Origin: an uncultured Verrucomicrobiae bacterium | GTDB lineage: Bacteria; Verrucomicrobiota; Verrucomicrobiia; Chthoniobacterales; UBA10450 | Direction: 5' to 3' | Length of the DNA stretch: 64,000 nt | Assembly (NCBI GenBank): GCA_963726745.1 | Contig: CAVSDR010000006.1 | Location: 192,001-256,000 of the forward strand | Part shown: positions 31,706 through 42,851 of the stretch, piece by piece | How the letters are laid out: the number at the start of each line of letters is the position of its first letter | Numbering within the stretch: position 1 is the stretch's first letter | Notes under the pieces: generated by a model | The model's input: only the letters and a program-made list of their open reading frames with translations | Told to the model about the DNA's origin: nothing | The model's database searches: none | Translations under genes and position numbers: made by a program

Positions 31706-34700
31706 GCGGTGGCACTGACGCCGCTCGGGGCGGTCAGGCGCAGGCGAAGGAAGCGGCGCGCCGCGGAATTAGCCGGCAGGATGTCGCGCACGGTCACGGT
31801 CTGAAGGCCAAAGACGGGCGCATTTTCCTGCACGCTCACGAGGTAAGTGGGATCGGCGGGATCGAGCGCGATCCATGGGCCCAGCGCCGCGTCGCCGGTC
31901 GCTTCCACGCGCGCGGTCACATCCGTGGCCCAGTTCGCGCGCACGAAACGCAGCGTGAGGTATTTCGTGCCCGCGAGGTCGAGAATTTGGGCGCGCGGCG
32001 CGCGGCTCACGTCAGCCACGGTCGGATCGGAGCCGGTGAAATATTCCGCGAGATTCGACTCGCCATCGCCGCTCGCATCGAAGGCCAAAGCGCTCCGCGG
32101 ATCGTCCGGCGCGAAGTATTGCGCGCGCCAGCGCTCGACGCCGTTGCCGATCGTCACCTGCACCTCGGCCTCGCCAGTTTGCCCCTGGGTGTCGGTCACC
32201 CGCAGGCGCAGGGTGTGGGCGCCATTGGTGAACTGCGTGGAATCGAAAAGCAGGTGCGCGCCGCCAAAGTGGAAGTGGTTTTCGTTGTTCGCATCCGTCC
32301 ATCGGAGCACGCCGTCGACCAGGAATTCCCCTTTTACGGTGCTCACATCATCGATCCCGTTCCCGAAAAACTCCGCTGCCATCCCGCTGACTAATTCCCC
32401 CGGCAACGGACGCGTGATCTGCGCCACCGGCGGCGCATCTGTGGTCACGTGCACCGTGAAGCTTTGGGTAGCCGCGCCGGCGGAATTCAGCGCGCGCACC
32501 GTCACCGGGTAGTCGCCGGGCGCAGACGGCATCCAATTGATCAACCCGCTGGCCGCCTCGATGCTCATCCCCGCCGGGGCACTCGTTAGGCTAAAGGCCG
32601 GCGCGGGGTTGCCGCTGGCGGTCGCACGGTAAGAATAGCCGGCCCCTTGGACGCCGCTGGTCGCGGGGCTACTGGTGAAAACCGGCGGCACCGGGTCGCG
32701 ATCGAGCACCGTGACTGCAACCGTGCGCGACGTCTCGCCGGGAGCAGAGACCGTGATCGTCGCGTGATCGTCCACGCCATCGGCATCCGCCGCCGCGGCT
32801 AGAGTCACCGTCTGCGGCGTGGCGAAATTAGTCGGCGTGAAGGTGAGCATCGCGCCGGCGCTCACGGTCACATCCGGATCGCCCGCACTGCGCGCGACCG
32901 TCATCGGCACATTGCCCGCCGGCGCGTTCGCCAGGCGCACGGTAAAGCCGGCGGTCGCGCCTTCATTCATCGTCAGGCTGGCGGTGGAGACGACGATCTG
33001 CGGCTCGTCGTTGTCGATCTCGTCGACCTGCAAGTCGTAGCTCGCGATCCCCGGCGCGACGATGCGGAAGGTCGCGCGGCCGTTTTCCTGGTCGGGATCT
33101 TCCGCGGCGGTGAAGCGCACCGCCTGCGGTACGAAATAATTCGCCGGCGTGAAAGTGAGCATGGCGCCGCTGCTCACCACCAGATCCACATCACCACTCA
33201 CGCGGCTGGTCGTGACCGTGACGTCCGCCGCCGGCGCGGTCGCCAGACGCACATTCACGATGGCCGCGCCGCCTTCGAGGACGTTGAAAGCGGTCGGCTG
33301 CACCAGGAGGTTTTGCGCGGTGCTCGTGCTCGCCAGACGGCGGACGAGCGGGCTGCCGATTCCCTGGTAATAAAGCGCGCCATCCGGCCCGGTGGCGTAA
33401 TCGATCAAACCGCCCACGCCAGTGAGAAACGGCTCCGCGCTGAGCACGCGATTTTGCGCGTCCAGCGTCGCGCGCATTCCCTGGCCAGAAACGTAATCGC
33501 CAAAGAAAAAATTCCCGCGATAAGCCGCCGGGAACGCGGTGCCGTCGTAGAACGTGCCCCCGGCGATGGCTGCGCCACCGTTGCTCCCGAAGGTCGGCGC
33601 CGTGACCGTTCCGCTGCCCGACGAGGCATCCGGACCCGCCTGCACGAAACGAAAGCGCGTGTGATCCAGATCCTCGGAGACGAAGAAGCTGCCGTTAAAA
33701 CTCGCATCGCCCGCGCCGCTGACCACGACTTTCCCGCCGCGACGAAACGGATGCGTGTTCCGATTCAAATTCGTGGTCGTGACTGTGACCACGCCGTTGC
33801 TGCGCACGAGCCCGCCGCTGCTCGCGACCGTGAGCGTCATCGACTGCGCAGTGCCGTAGGCAATCGCCGGCAGGAGATAGCCGGCCGGCTGGTTGTTTTC
33901 CCAATCGTCGTAGCCACCGTGGTCGCCGCGCTGCACCTGGAAAACTTGCTCGTAACCCGGTCCAGAATTGGGCGAAGTCTGGCCGCCGGCGGTGCTCCCG
34001 ACGACGTTCAACCAGAGCGCGCCGGTGCCCGGCTGGAAAGCGAGGGTGAAGGGATTGCGGAAGCCGCGCGCCCAGATGTAATCGTTGTTCGGCCCGGCGC
34101 CGTCGAAGAACGGATTGTCGTTCGGGACGCTGCCGTCGCGCCGGGCCCGGCCGACCTTGGCCGCGAGCGAGGTGAGATCGTCGTCCACCCCGACCTTGCT
34201 CCCGTTGTCGCCGATCGACCAATAGAGCCGGCCATCCGCGCCGATGCCGAGCCCGCCGCCATCGTGGTTCTGGCCGAGGGTAGGCAAATTAGCCAGCAAG
34301 ATGGTGCGCGCGGTGCCGACGTTGCCGTTCGCGGTATAACGAATGATCTGCTGCTGGCTGCTGGAGACGGTGGCAAAGAAATAGACGTAGTGGTTCGTGA
34401 CGAAATCCGGATCGAACGCGATCCCCAGCAGGCCGCATTCGCTGTTCGTGTAGACCGCCTCGGTGATGAAAGGCGTGGCGACCAGCGTGCCCGTGGGCGT
34501 GCCGCTTTGAAAGCCATGCTGCACGATGTAGCAGGCGCCATTTTTTTGCGTGAGGAAGAGCCGCCCAGAGCCATCCGGCGCCCAGGCCATGCTCGTGGTG
34601 TTGGTGAGCGCGCTACTCGAAAGGAAGGTCGATTCCGAGAAAGCCGCGGGGTCCACCGGCGCGCTCCAGACGGACGCGCCCGCCAGGAACAAGAGCCCGA

Positions 34701-34725
34701 AGACTTGACCCAGGAGAGGCCTCAC
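31654..34725 (-). CDS. Secreted PQQ-dependent sugar dehydrogenase (GSDH)-like beta-propeller with multiple Ig-like domains
   Basis: Signal peptide; GLLGIAFDPDF, HDGGGL, PNDNPF, ARGFRNPF, FFGDY; two tandem LTFTP.N...PQ.V Ig-like repeats and a putative-Ig domain. Confidence 0.85.
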   Translation of the reverse strand: MRPLLGQVFGLLFLAGASVWSAPVDPAAFSESTFLSSSALTNTTSMAWAPDGSGRLFLTQKNGACYIVQHGFQSGTPTGTLVATPFITEAVYTNSECGLLGIAFDPDFVTNHYVYFFATVSSSQQQIIRYTANGNVGTARTILLANLPTLGQNHDGGGLGIGADGRLYWSIGDNGSKVGVDDDLTSLAAKVGRARRDGSVPNDNPFFDGAGPNNDYIWARGFRNPFTLAFQPGTGALWLNVVGSTAGGQTSPNSGPGYEQVFQVQRGDHGGYDDWENNQPAGYLLPAIAYGTAQSMTLTVASSGGLVRSNGVVTVTTTNLNRNTHPFRRGGKVVVSGAGDASFNGSFFVSEDLDHTRFRFVQAGPDASSGSGTVTAPTFGSNGGAAIAGGTFYDGTAFPAAYRGNFFFGDYVSGQGMRATLDAQNRVLSAEPFLTGVGGLIDYATGPDGALYYQGIGSPLVRRLASTSTAQNLLVQPTAFNVLEGGAAIVNVRLATAPAADVTVTTSRVSGDVDLVVSSGAMLTFTPANYFVPQAVRFTAAEDPDQENGRATFRIVAPGIASYDLQVDEIDNDEPQIVVSTASLTMNEGATAGFTVRLANAPAGNVPMTVARSAGDPDVTVSAGAMLTFTPTNFATPQTVTLAAAADADGVDDHATITVSAPGETSRTVAVTVLDRDPVPPVFTSSPATSGVQGAGYSYRATASGNPAPAFSLTSAPAGMSIEAASGLINWMPSAPGDYPVTVRALNSAGAATQSFTVHVTTDAPPVAQITRPLPGELVSGMAAEFFGNGIDDVSTVKGEFLVDGVLRWTDANNENHFHFGGAHLLFDSTQFTNGAHTLRLRVTDTQGQTGEAEVQVTIGNGVERWRAQYFAPDDPRSALAFDASGDGESNLAEYFTGSDPTVADVSRAPRAQILDLAGTKYLTLRFVRANWATDVTARVEATGDAALGPWIALDPADPTYLVSVQENAPVFGLQTVTVRDILPANSAARRFLRLRLTAPSGVSATAQPAGDFGMSRKGLRAR

Positions 34726-35810
34726 TTCTTCGGCGGCTTCATCTTGATGAAGGTGCCGCCGGTGCGGCTGGCGAGCTGGCGCAGCATCCGTTCCTCCTCG
34801 GGCTTATCCTTCCCGGTGAGGTAATAAATCGTGTGCAGTTTGGCTTTTTTAGGCAGCGTCTTCTCCCCTTCCTCGAGCACCTTGTAGATGTCTTCCGGCG
34901 AGATGTCGCGGCTCGGGTCCACAATCGAGGTCCCGGAAGCGTTCCCATCCGTGAGCATGTAGATCGTCTGCGGCTTGAGCTTGAAGGTTTCCTCGAGCGC
35001 GTAGTCGTGCCGCGTGCCGCCCGGCCGATCGCCGCGGCGCCCGGCCTTATGGATATCGAGATCCTGCTGGATGTGGGTGATCGCGGCCTGCTTGTTTTCC
35101 TCCGTGGCCGCAACTAATTCCGGCTTCCACGAAAGCGCGCTGCCAGACCAGCGCACGATCCCGAAGCGCGTCGCCGGAGTCAGGCTTTGCACGAGCTTAA
35201 TCGCCTCGTCGCGCACCGCCTGGAAGCTTTGCTCCTTGCCCACGCGAAGCAATTTTCGCGAGCTGTAATCGTAATCGCCGGTGCGGCCAAACATGGAGTC
35301 GGAGATGTCGATCATGATCACGACCGCATTGCTCACGTCGCGGATGCCGAAGAAATTGATCGCCGCGCCCGACCCGGTGCCGCCGAGCGCGCCGCCGCCG
35401 CCACTGGCGCCTCCTGGAGCGGCCGCGCCCATCGCGCCGCCCGCGGTCATGAGCTGCTTCGGTGCATCCTTCGGCGCTGCGATCTCGGGCAAGGGCGGGA
35501 GCGTGACCTTCGCCAGGCCGGTGGTGAGGACACGCTTCGGCACCGCCGCGGGCATGCTTTGCGTCTGCATTTTCTTCTCCACCTGCACGCGATGCTGCAG
35601 CGCCTGCTCGCTCGGATTGGGCGATTTCGGGCCCGCCTGGAAGGTCAGCTTGCGCGCGGTGGAATAACGCGAGACCACGTAGATGGCCGCGCCGCCGGCG
35701 AAGAGCAGATGCAGCACAATGCTGCCGATAAGCACCGGCGAGAGGACCCAGCGGCGGCGCTTCGCCGGCGCCGGCGCCATCGCAATTTCCTCATCGTCCA
35801 CCAGCGCCAT
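34722..35810 (-). CDS. Membrane-anchored vWA-domain protein with Pro/Gly-rich linker
   Basis: TM segment SIVLHLLF; MIDAS motif DISDSM, GGT, MLTDG; L..LA..TGG.F. Confidence 0.8.
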   Translation of the reverse strand: MALVDDEEIAMAPAPAKRRRWVLSPVLIGSIVLHLLFAGGAAIYVVSRYSTARKLTFQAGPKSPNPSEQALQHRVQVEKKMQTQSMPAAVPKRVLTTGLAKVTLPPLPEIAAPKDAPKQLMTAGGAMGAAAPGGASGGGGALGGTGSGAAINFFGIRDVSNAVVIMIDISDSMFGRTGDYDYSSRKLLRVGKEQSFQAVRDEAIKLVQSLTPATRFGIVRWSGSALSWKPELVAATEENKQAAITHIQQDLDIHKAGRRGDRPGGTRHDYALEETFKLKPQTIYMLTDGNASGTSIVDPSRDISPEDIYKVLEEGEKTLPKKAKLHTIYYLTGKDKPEEERMLRQLASRTGGTFIKMKPPKK

Positions 35811-35818
35811 CTTGCTGC

Positions 35819-38362
35819 CTAACGAGTGATGGAAGTCCGGGAACGCGCGGCCAGGAGGACATCGCGCCCGACGAGATAAAGGACCACGCAAAGCACCGCG
35901 AAGGGCAGGAGCGCGAGCAGGTCGGCGTTCGCACCCTGGAAGAAGGGATTGTGCTCCGTCATCCATTCCTCGATCCCGGTGCTGTAAAGCGACAACGCGG
36001 GCACGCCCTGCATGATCGCGATCACGATCCCGGCAAGCGCGCCGCCGGCGATGTAGCCGGAAGCGAGGAGCACGCCGCCGCTCTTGTCGCCTTCCGCGAC
36101 CAGTTCCTCTTCCTGCAGGTCGTGGCCCTTGAATTTCGTGCGCCGCAAATAGCGGTCGACCGCCCAGCGAATCAGCCCGCCGATAAAGATCGGGCTGGAC
36201 GAGGAAAGCGGCAGGTAAACCCCCACGGCAAAGGCGAGCGAAGGAATGCCGCTCATCTCCAGCACAATGGCAATCATGACACCGAGGAGCACGAGGGCCC
36301 ACGGCAATTTGCGGCTCAGGATGCCCTTGATGATGTAGGACATCAGGGTCGCTTTTGGTGCGTCGAATTTCGAGACCGCGCTGCCATCGGGCCGGGTTTT
36401 GCGGGTGCCGTTGATGCCTGGATCGACCAGATAGGTGGCAACGCCTTGATCGTTTACCAGGAAACGCTGCGCTGGGCCGCCGGCGGGGTCGGCGCGTTGC
36501 CAGCTCCGGTAGGTGGCCTTGTCGCCGAGGCCCTGGGTGCCGCTGAGGGTCTCGGTGGCGCCGAGCTCGGAAGTCTTCTCGACGCGCAGGTTTGCCGGAA
36601 AATTGCGCTCGAGTTTGTAGGTCACCCGCCCTTCGCCGTTGACGAGATACTCGGCCGGCTCAAGGCCGGGAGCCGCGGCCGACGACTCGTTAGCCGACAC
36701 ATTGAGCAGGCGGAAATCCTCCGGCGCGGGCTTGATCCCCTCGCTGTAAGGCGGGAGGGAGGCGGCGGTGGCAATCACTGGACCTTGCGTGACCGGAGCA
36801 AAAGTAGTCGCGGGCACGTAGACCGTGGAGGCGTTGTTGAGCACGAGCAGGATGGGGCCGAGCGCGAGCGCGGAAGCGAGCGCGCCGAAGAGGATCGCGA
36901 TCTGTTGATACTTCGGCGTCGCGCCGACGAGGAAGCCGGTCTTCAAATCCTGCGAGGTGGTGCCGCCATTTGAGGCCGCGATGCAAACGATCCCGCCAAT
37001 CGAGAGCGCGGTCACAAAGTAATGCGGCCCGGTCCAGCCGATCGCGAGAAAGGCGAGGCAGGTGAGCAGCAGCGTGGCCACGGTCATGCCGGAAATTGGA
37101 TTCGAGGAAGAACCGATCTCGCCGGTTAAACGGGAGGAGACGGTCACGAAAAGGAAGCCAAAGGCCACGATCAGGAGCGCGCCGATCAGGTTCCACTGCA
37201 GGTGAAGCTGGGGGACGATCATGATCACCGCGAGCAAGCCGATGCAGCCGCCGATGACGAGTTTCATCGAGAGATCCTGGTCGGTCCGCGGTGCTCGCGA
37301 GCTGGCCGCATGGCCGCCGCGCAAGTCGGAGAGGCCGGCTTTCAATCCATGCCAGATGGTCGGGAGCGAACGGAAAAGGCTGATGATCCCGCCCGCGGCG
37401 ACCGCGCCCGCGCCGATGTAGAGCACGTAAGCGCCGCGGATTTGATTCGGCGACATGTCGCCGATCGGGATCGTGCCCGGAGGGATGATCGCGGCCGTGT
37501 GTTCGCCGAAGAACTTGATCGCCGGAATGAGCACGAGGTAGGCAAGCACGCCACCGGCGCACATGATCGAGGCAATGCGCGGGCCGATGATGTAACCGAC
37601 GCCCAACAGCGCAGGCGAGATCTCGGCAGCGATCGAGCCAGCCTTGAACGGCGCGGCAAAGACTTTCTCCGGCGTATCCTTCCAAAGCTTAAACGCGCCC
37701 ATTGCGGCTTGGTAAAGGAAGCCGATACCGAACCCGGTGAAGATGGTTTTGCCGCCGCTGGCGGTCTCTTCGTTATCGGCAGAAGTTGCTGTCTGTTTTC
37801 CCTCGGGATCCTTGGCCGCGGCCGCTTTCAGGACCTCGGCGCAGGCGGTGCCCTCCGGATATTTCAGAATACCGTGCTGATCGACGATGAGCGCGCGCCG
37901 CAGCGGGATCATCATCAGGATGCCGAGCAAACCGCCGAGGACCGCGACCAGCATCACGCGGGTAAGCTCGAGGTCGAAGCCCAGGATCATGATCGCCGGC
38001 ATGGTCACGCCCAGGCCGAAAGCGATCGACTCGCCGGCTGAGCCCGCGGTTTGCACGATGTTATTCTCGAGAATGGTCGCGTCGCGCAGGCCGAACTTCG
38101 ACATCAGCCGAAAGATCGTGATCGAAAGCACGGCCACGGGAATGGACGCGCTTACCGTCAGGCCGACCTTGAGCACGAGATAAAGCGATGAGGCGCCGAA
38201 AACCATCCCGAGGAGCGTGCCGACGATCAACGGGAGGATCGAAAGCTCGCGCATCTGGGTGGAGGCGGAGATGTAGGGCTTGAAGTTTGCCGCCAGCGGG
38301 TTGGTCGGTTTGGACCCGACGATGTCGGGCATTTCGTTCGGCGGATTGGCGGTTGGCGGCAT
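35819..38362 (-). CDS. OPT family oligopeptide transporter with a large extracytoplasmic insertion
   Basis: [49 protein letters not shown]. Confidence 0.93.
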   Translation of the reverse strand: MPPTANPPNEMPDIVGSKPTNPLAANFKPYISASTQMRELSILPLIVGTLLGMVFGASSLYLVLKVGLTVSASIPVAVLSITIFRLMSKFGLRDATILENNIVQTAGSAGESIAFGLGVTMPAIMILGFDLELTRVMLVAVLGGLLGILMMIPLRRALIVDQHGILKYPEGTACAEVLKAAAAKDPEGKQTATSADNEETASGGKTIFTGFGIGFLYQAAMGAFKLWKDTPEKVFAAPFKAGSIAAEISPALLGVGYIIGPRIASIMCAGGVLAYLVLIPAIKFFGEHTAAIIPPGTIPIGDMSPNQIRGAYVLYIGAGAVAAGGIISLFRSLPTIWHGLKAGLSDLRGGHAASSRAPRTDQDLSMKLVIGGCIGLLAVIMIVPQLHLQWNLIGALLIVAFGFLFVTVSSRLTGEIGSSSNPISGMTVATLLLTCLAFLAIGWTGPHYFVTALSIGGIVCIAASNGGTTSQDLKTGFLVGATPKYQQIAILFGALASALALGPILLVLNNASTVYVPATTFAPVTQGPVIATAASLPPYSEGIKPAPEDFRLLNVSANESSAAAPGLEPAEYLVNGEGRVTYKLERNFPANLRVEKTSELGATETLSGTQGLGDKATYRSWQRADPAGGPAQRFLVNDQGVATYLVDPGINGTRKTRPDGSAVSKFDAPKATLMSYIIKGILSRKLPWALVLLGVMIAIVLEMSGIPSLAFAVGVYLPLSSSSPIFIGGLIRWAVDRYLRRTKFKGHDLQEEELVAEGDKSGGVLLASGYIAGGALAGIVIAIMQGVPALSLYSTGIEEWMTEHNPFFQGANADLLALLPFAVLCVVLYLVGRDVLLAARSRTSITR

Positions 38363-38490
38363 GGGCTTAATCGTTGCGCGTGAGCCGCACAGGGCTCGCG
38401 GGGTTGCTCGGAGAGAGTCGGCGAACAGGACCGCGGAAGGCAACCGCAAAAACCGCTGGCGGGCGCAATCTTCCGCAGCCGGAAACAGGG

Positions 38491-38520
38491 TTGACCGAAC
38501 GCGTGCCGGCTTCTTAAAAT
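38491..38520 (+). promoter_or_regulatory. Putative sigma70-type promoter
   Basis: TTGACC-N18-TAAAAT upstream of RBS GGAGG (38541-38545) and ATG 38554. Confidence 0.45.
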
Positions 38521-38553
38521 CGCCGGCAACAACTCAACCCGGAGGTTCCCCCC

Positions 38554-38814
38554 ATGAACAAAGTCCGTTTGGTTGGCGGCGCCTGGTTGGCCGCGGCCCT
38601 AATTTTTTGCCTAACGAGTGCAGAGGCGCAAACAACGCGCCCAGTTCCCGAAACTACCTCCGCGACCCTGCCGGCGAATCAAATTGGCGCAGACTTCGGC
38701 GCGCTCGATCCTGCCGCTCTCGGCCAGCCAGTGCCAGTGCCGGAACCGCTCACGCCCGCGCTGCTCGGCCTGGGCGGGCTCCTGGTCTTCCTGGCTTATC
38801 GGCGGCGGCGGTGA
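38554..38814 (+). CDS. Very small PEP-CTERM protein
   Basis: Signal peptide ending AEA-Q; C-terminal VPEP, hydrophobic TM helix, then RRRR. Confidence 0.85.
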   Translation: MNKVRLVGGAWLAAALIFCLTSAEAQTTRPVPETTSATLPANQIGADFGALDPAALGQPVPVPEPLTPALLGLGGLLVFLAYRRRR

Positions 38815-38824
38815 TCGCGGCGCG

Positions 38825-39424
38825 CTACGGCTTCTTTTCCTCGCCCCAGATTCGCTGGAGGAAACTCACGCGCCCCGAGCCGACGTGATAGGCCTCGTAT
38901 TCCGCCGGATTCTTCAGGTAATACTTTTGGTGATATTCCTCCGCCGCGAAGAAAGGCTGCGCGGGGAGAATCTCGGTCGCGATCGGCTTCGAAAACTTTC
39001 CGGATTGCGCCAGCTTTTCCTTGGCCGCCTCCGCGGCGCGTTTCTCCTCATCGTTCGCGTAGTAGATCGCCGCCTGATAGCTCAGGCCGATGTCGGCAAA
39101 CTGCCCGTTTGCCTGCGTGGGATTGATGTTGCGGAAGTAAACCTCAAGCAACCGGTCGTAGGAAACCTGCGCCGGATCGTAGGTCACCTCGATCGCTTCG
39201 CGGTGTTGCGTCTTGTGCGCAGAGACTTCGCGATAATTCGCGTTTTCCTTCCCGCCGCCGGTGTAGCCCACAACGGTTTTGGTAACGCCTGGGACGTGAT
39301 CGAACGGCTCCTGCATGCACCAGAAACAGCCGCCGGCAAAAATTGCCGTCTTGGTTTCCGCCGCCGGGGCCATGGCGAGTGTGAGCGTAAGAAATCCGAG
39401 CGCGAGAAAGAGATGCTTGATCAT
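38825..39424 (-). CDS. msrA: Peptide-methionine (S)-S-oxide reductase with a signal peptide
   Basis: AGGCFWC, GYTGG, GQFAD.G, AEEYHQKY. Confidence 0.95.
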   Translation of the reverse strand: MIKHLFLALGFLTLTLAMAPAAETKTAIFAGGCFWCMQEPFDHVPGVTKTVVGYTGGGKENANYREVSAHKTQHREAIEVTYDPAQVSYDRLLEVYFRNINPTQANGQFADIGLSYQAAIYYANDEEKRAAEAAKEKLAQSGKFSKPIATEILPAQPFFAAEEYHQKYYLKNPAEYEAYHVGSGRVSFLQRIWGEEKKP

Positions 39425-39504
39425 GAGAGTGCAGAAGGTGTTCGCCGAAAAGCGCCGGCCGGTTGCGCATTTGTCGTCCCCTTTACCCTCCGCATCTTGC
39501 CCCG

Positions 39505-40111
39505 GTGCGCACCAATTATCGCTCCTGTCCCGCGGCCGAGATTGTGCCGGCTAATCCTGGGGAGCTGCTGGAAATGGCGGAGATTTTCGGACGCGATGCG
39601 CCGGTCGAGATCGACCTCGGCTGCGGCGATGGCGCCTTCCTGGTTGCCCTCGCGGAGCGCGCGCCGGAACGCGATTTTCTCGGGGTCGAGCGCCTTGCCG
39701 GCCGCTTCCGCGGAACCAGCCGCAAGATCGGCGACGCCGACGTTGCCGAATGCGCGCATCCTCCGCGCCGAAATCGAAGCGCTGCTCGCGCTGCTTTTGC
39801 CAGCCGCCTCAGTCGACGTCTTCTACCTCCTGTTTCCCGATCCTTGGCCGAAGCGGCGGCATCATGTGCGCCGGACTTTCAACGCCGAGTTTCTGCGCGG
39901 AGTCTGGCGCGCGCTCCGGCCGGACGGCCTCCTGCGCGTGGCCACCGACGATGCGGACTACGCCCGCGCGATGACGCAGGTGATTGCCAACGCGGAGGGC
40001 TTCGTTGCGGAAGCCGGGTTGCCTCCGTTGCCGCCCACGAGCTTTGAAGAGCGCTTCAGCGGGAAGGAAATCTACCGCTTCGGGCTGCGGAAGATCTTGC
40101 TGTCTAAATAG
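39505..40111 (+). CDS. trmB: tRNA (guanine-N7)-methyltransferase; frameshift near 39740, start uncertain
   Basis: EIDLGCGDG.FL...FLGVER in one frame; FPDPWPKRRHH, ATD and TSFE in the next. Confidence 0.8.
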
Positions 40112-42352
40112 CCGGCTCGCTTCCCAGTGCTCACGGTAAAAGCGCACCGTCACCGCTCCGGTTTCATCCTGCCGGAAAAGCTCGATTCCGCGTGCCTTGA
40201 CCTCCTCGACCCATCCATCTGGCAGCCGTTCGTTCTCCGGGAAGTCGCGCGACGTCGCGATGATTGCCGCTGGTTGCACCGCCTCCAGAAATTCCGTCGT
40301 GCCCGACGGCGCAGCATGATGCTGTCCTTTCACCAGGAGATCGCTCCGCAGGTCCGCCCCACTCTCTAGCAAGACGCGCTCGGTCGCCTCGCCGCTGTCG
40401 GACATCAGGAGCACGCGCCACTTTTGCGCAATCGTTAGGCGGATCACCAGGGCCATGTCGTCCGCCGTTTTGCCGGCAAAACCGGCCGGCGGGAAAAGAA
40501 TTTCCGCACGCACCTGCGGGCCGATCAAGAACTCGTTAGGCGCGCTGAGTGTCCTTCGACGGTGCTTCTCCGCAAGGAGCGCACGATGCAGCGGCGAGCG
40601 GTCGGGCGCGGCGTTATCCAGCCACTCGCGCGGCTGAAAAATCCGCAGCAACGTGGCCGCGCCGCCGAGGTGCGCGGCATCGCCATGCGTAAGCACGAGG
40701 CCGTCCAGGCGATTGACTCCCCGTGAGCGCAAATAGCCGCGCACGACCAGGCGGGCGTCACGTTCGCTGCCGGTGTCGACCAGCCAATCGCGCCCGCGCG
40801 TTTTCAGGTGCGTGCACGCGCCCGCGCCGAGATCGAGCACGGTCATTTCCGCGAGCGCACCGTGTGGCCAACGCGGCGCGCCCAGGTAGATGTGGCCCGC
40901 AGGCGCGCGTGCAAAGAGACCGACCGCCCCGAGAATGCCGGCGGCCAGGCACCAGTTCGCGTTGTTAAAGACCAGGGTCAACGCCGGTGCCACCGGCAAA
41001 ACCAGGAGCGACATCAGGCCAACCGCGAGCACCAAGAACGCAAGCGGAACGACCACCAGATTCGCCAGGAGCGAGACCGGCGTGACGATGTAGAAATACG
41101 GCAGAATGAGCGGGAGCGACCCGATCCAGGCGGCCAGCGAAACCGTGGCGCCGCCGGCGAGCGCGCGCCACAGCCAGACGCCGCCGCGTTGCCGCAAACT
41201 GTAAAGTGAAGGCGGCAGGAAGGGATCGGGCGCGCCCCGACGTTCGAGCGCGAGGTAAAGCGGCCGCGCGAAAAGCATGATCGCGATCACGACCGCAAAC
41301 GATAGTTGGAAGCCAGTGGAGAAAAGCTGGTTCGGATCCCACGCGAGCACCAGGACCGCCGCCGCGGCCACGCTGTTCCCGGAGAAGACCCGCCGCTCGA
41401 TGAAGTAGCCGCCTAACAAAACCGCGGCCATGAGCGCGGCGCGAATGCTCGAGGCTCCCAGGCCGGTGATCGCTGCATAGAAAAAAAGCGCGGGAATGAT
41501 CGCCGCGATCGCCCAGCGGCGCGGGAGCCGGGCCGCGCGCAAAATCATCCAGAGGAGCTGCGCGAGGATGGCGACATTTAATCCCGAGACCGCAAAAAGA
41601 TGGAGCGTGCCGGTTTGCTGGAATTGCTCCTGGATTTCATCGGGCGTCTCCCCATTGGCCCCCAGGACCATCCCGCTGATGACGCCCCGCAAGTCCGGCG
41701 CATCCTCCAACCCGCGGCCGAGCGCGGCCTGCATCCACGCGCGCGAGCGCTGGGCCGCGCGGAGAATCTTCGAGCCGCGCTCGTGCGCGAGGATGCGGCC
41801 GCTCTCGGGATTGCGCGAGCCTAACGAGTGATAAATGTCGTGCCGCGCGAGGTAGGCCCGCAAATCGAACTCGCCCGGATTGCGCGGCGGCGGGACCGGC
41901 TGGATTACGCCAAAGAGCTGCAGCTCGTCGCCGTAGACCGGCGTGCCCGGCCAACGAGCGGTGATCGTGCCGCTGATCGGAATGGTGCGGTCGTCGAACG
42001 CGACCGATTCTACCTGGATTTGAAAGGAAGCCGTGCCGCGCGGGGAAATGCGCGGCTCGCTCACGACCACTCCACGCACCGCAACCGCACGTCGCTGCTC
42101 GCCGAGGAGACGCGCGAGGCGGCGCCCGGGCGAATCCGCCTGCCGTTGCGCGTGCACGCTGGCGAAGGCCGCGGCCACCGCGACCAGGGTGAGGAGCGTG
42201 CTTCCGCGCCAGAACGCTGCGGCCGCGGCCCCCAGAAAAATAGCCAGCCAGATGGCGGCGTGCCCGCCGACTTCGCCCAGCAGGATGCCGAGCACGGCGG
42301 CGAGCGCGAGGCCCACGAAGGGTTGCCGCGGCCACGCCTCCGAGCGCTTCAT
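40072..42352 (-). CDS. comEC: ComEC/Rec2 DNA uptake channel (DUF4131 + competence + MBL domains); probable frameshift at the extreme 3' end
   Basis: RNPGEFD, GTLHLFAVSGLNV, GFQLSF, LTHGDAAH; the shifted frame ends GYLDSKIFRSPKR* at 40072. Confidence 0.9.
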
Positions 42353-42358
42353 TGCTCG

Positions 42359-42827
42359 TTAGGCAAAAACCACCGCGTCGAGCAGGACATCGTGCCCTTC
42401 GCGCGGGATCGACGCCCGCATCTGGCAGGCAAACCCGAGCCCGACTTTGAACGCACCGCGCGCCCGACCGCCGAGCAAGCGATCATAAAAACCGCCGCCG
42501 CGTCCGAGGCGCTGGCCGTCGCGGGTAAAGGCCAGCCCTGGCACCAGCACCAGCTCCGGAACGAACGGCAGCTCGAGCTCCGCTTCCTCCCGCAGGGTCG
42601 CAGGCACCACGAAGGCCGTCTTGGCCTACTGCCAGGGTCGCGATTGCCGGCTCCGTGCTCATGGGCGAAAACGTCAGGACACGCTCGGCCGCCTGCCACG
42701 CGGGCAACGCCAGAACTTGCCGGCAAATTTCCGCCGAGGCGCGCGTGCGCTCGGTCGCGGAGAGGGCGCGAAGTTGCGCCAGGATCTCGGCGCGGAGGGT
42801 TTCCTTGGCTTCCCGCGCGGCAGACAC
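42359..42827 (-). CDS. 5-formyltetrahydrofolate cyclo-ligase (YgfA-like); frameshift near 42630
   Basis: K..LR N-terminus, STEP, and VPGLAF..DG.RLGRGGGFYDR in the downstream frame. Confidence 0.8.
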
Positions 42828-42851
42828 GCGGCGGATGTTAGGCGGCGGGCC

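Noticed and set aside
39809..40071. ComEC C-terminal extension overlapping trmB by ~300 bp
   Set aside because: More simply an indel near 40113; the shifted frame stops at 40072 with a normal short overlap.
42828..42851. 6S RNA upstream of the ygfA-like gene
   Set aside because: Only ~24 bp separate it from the OsmC gene, leaving no room.
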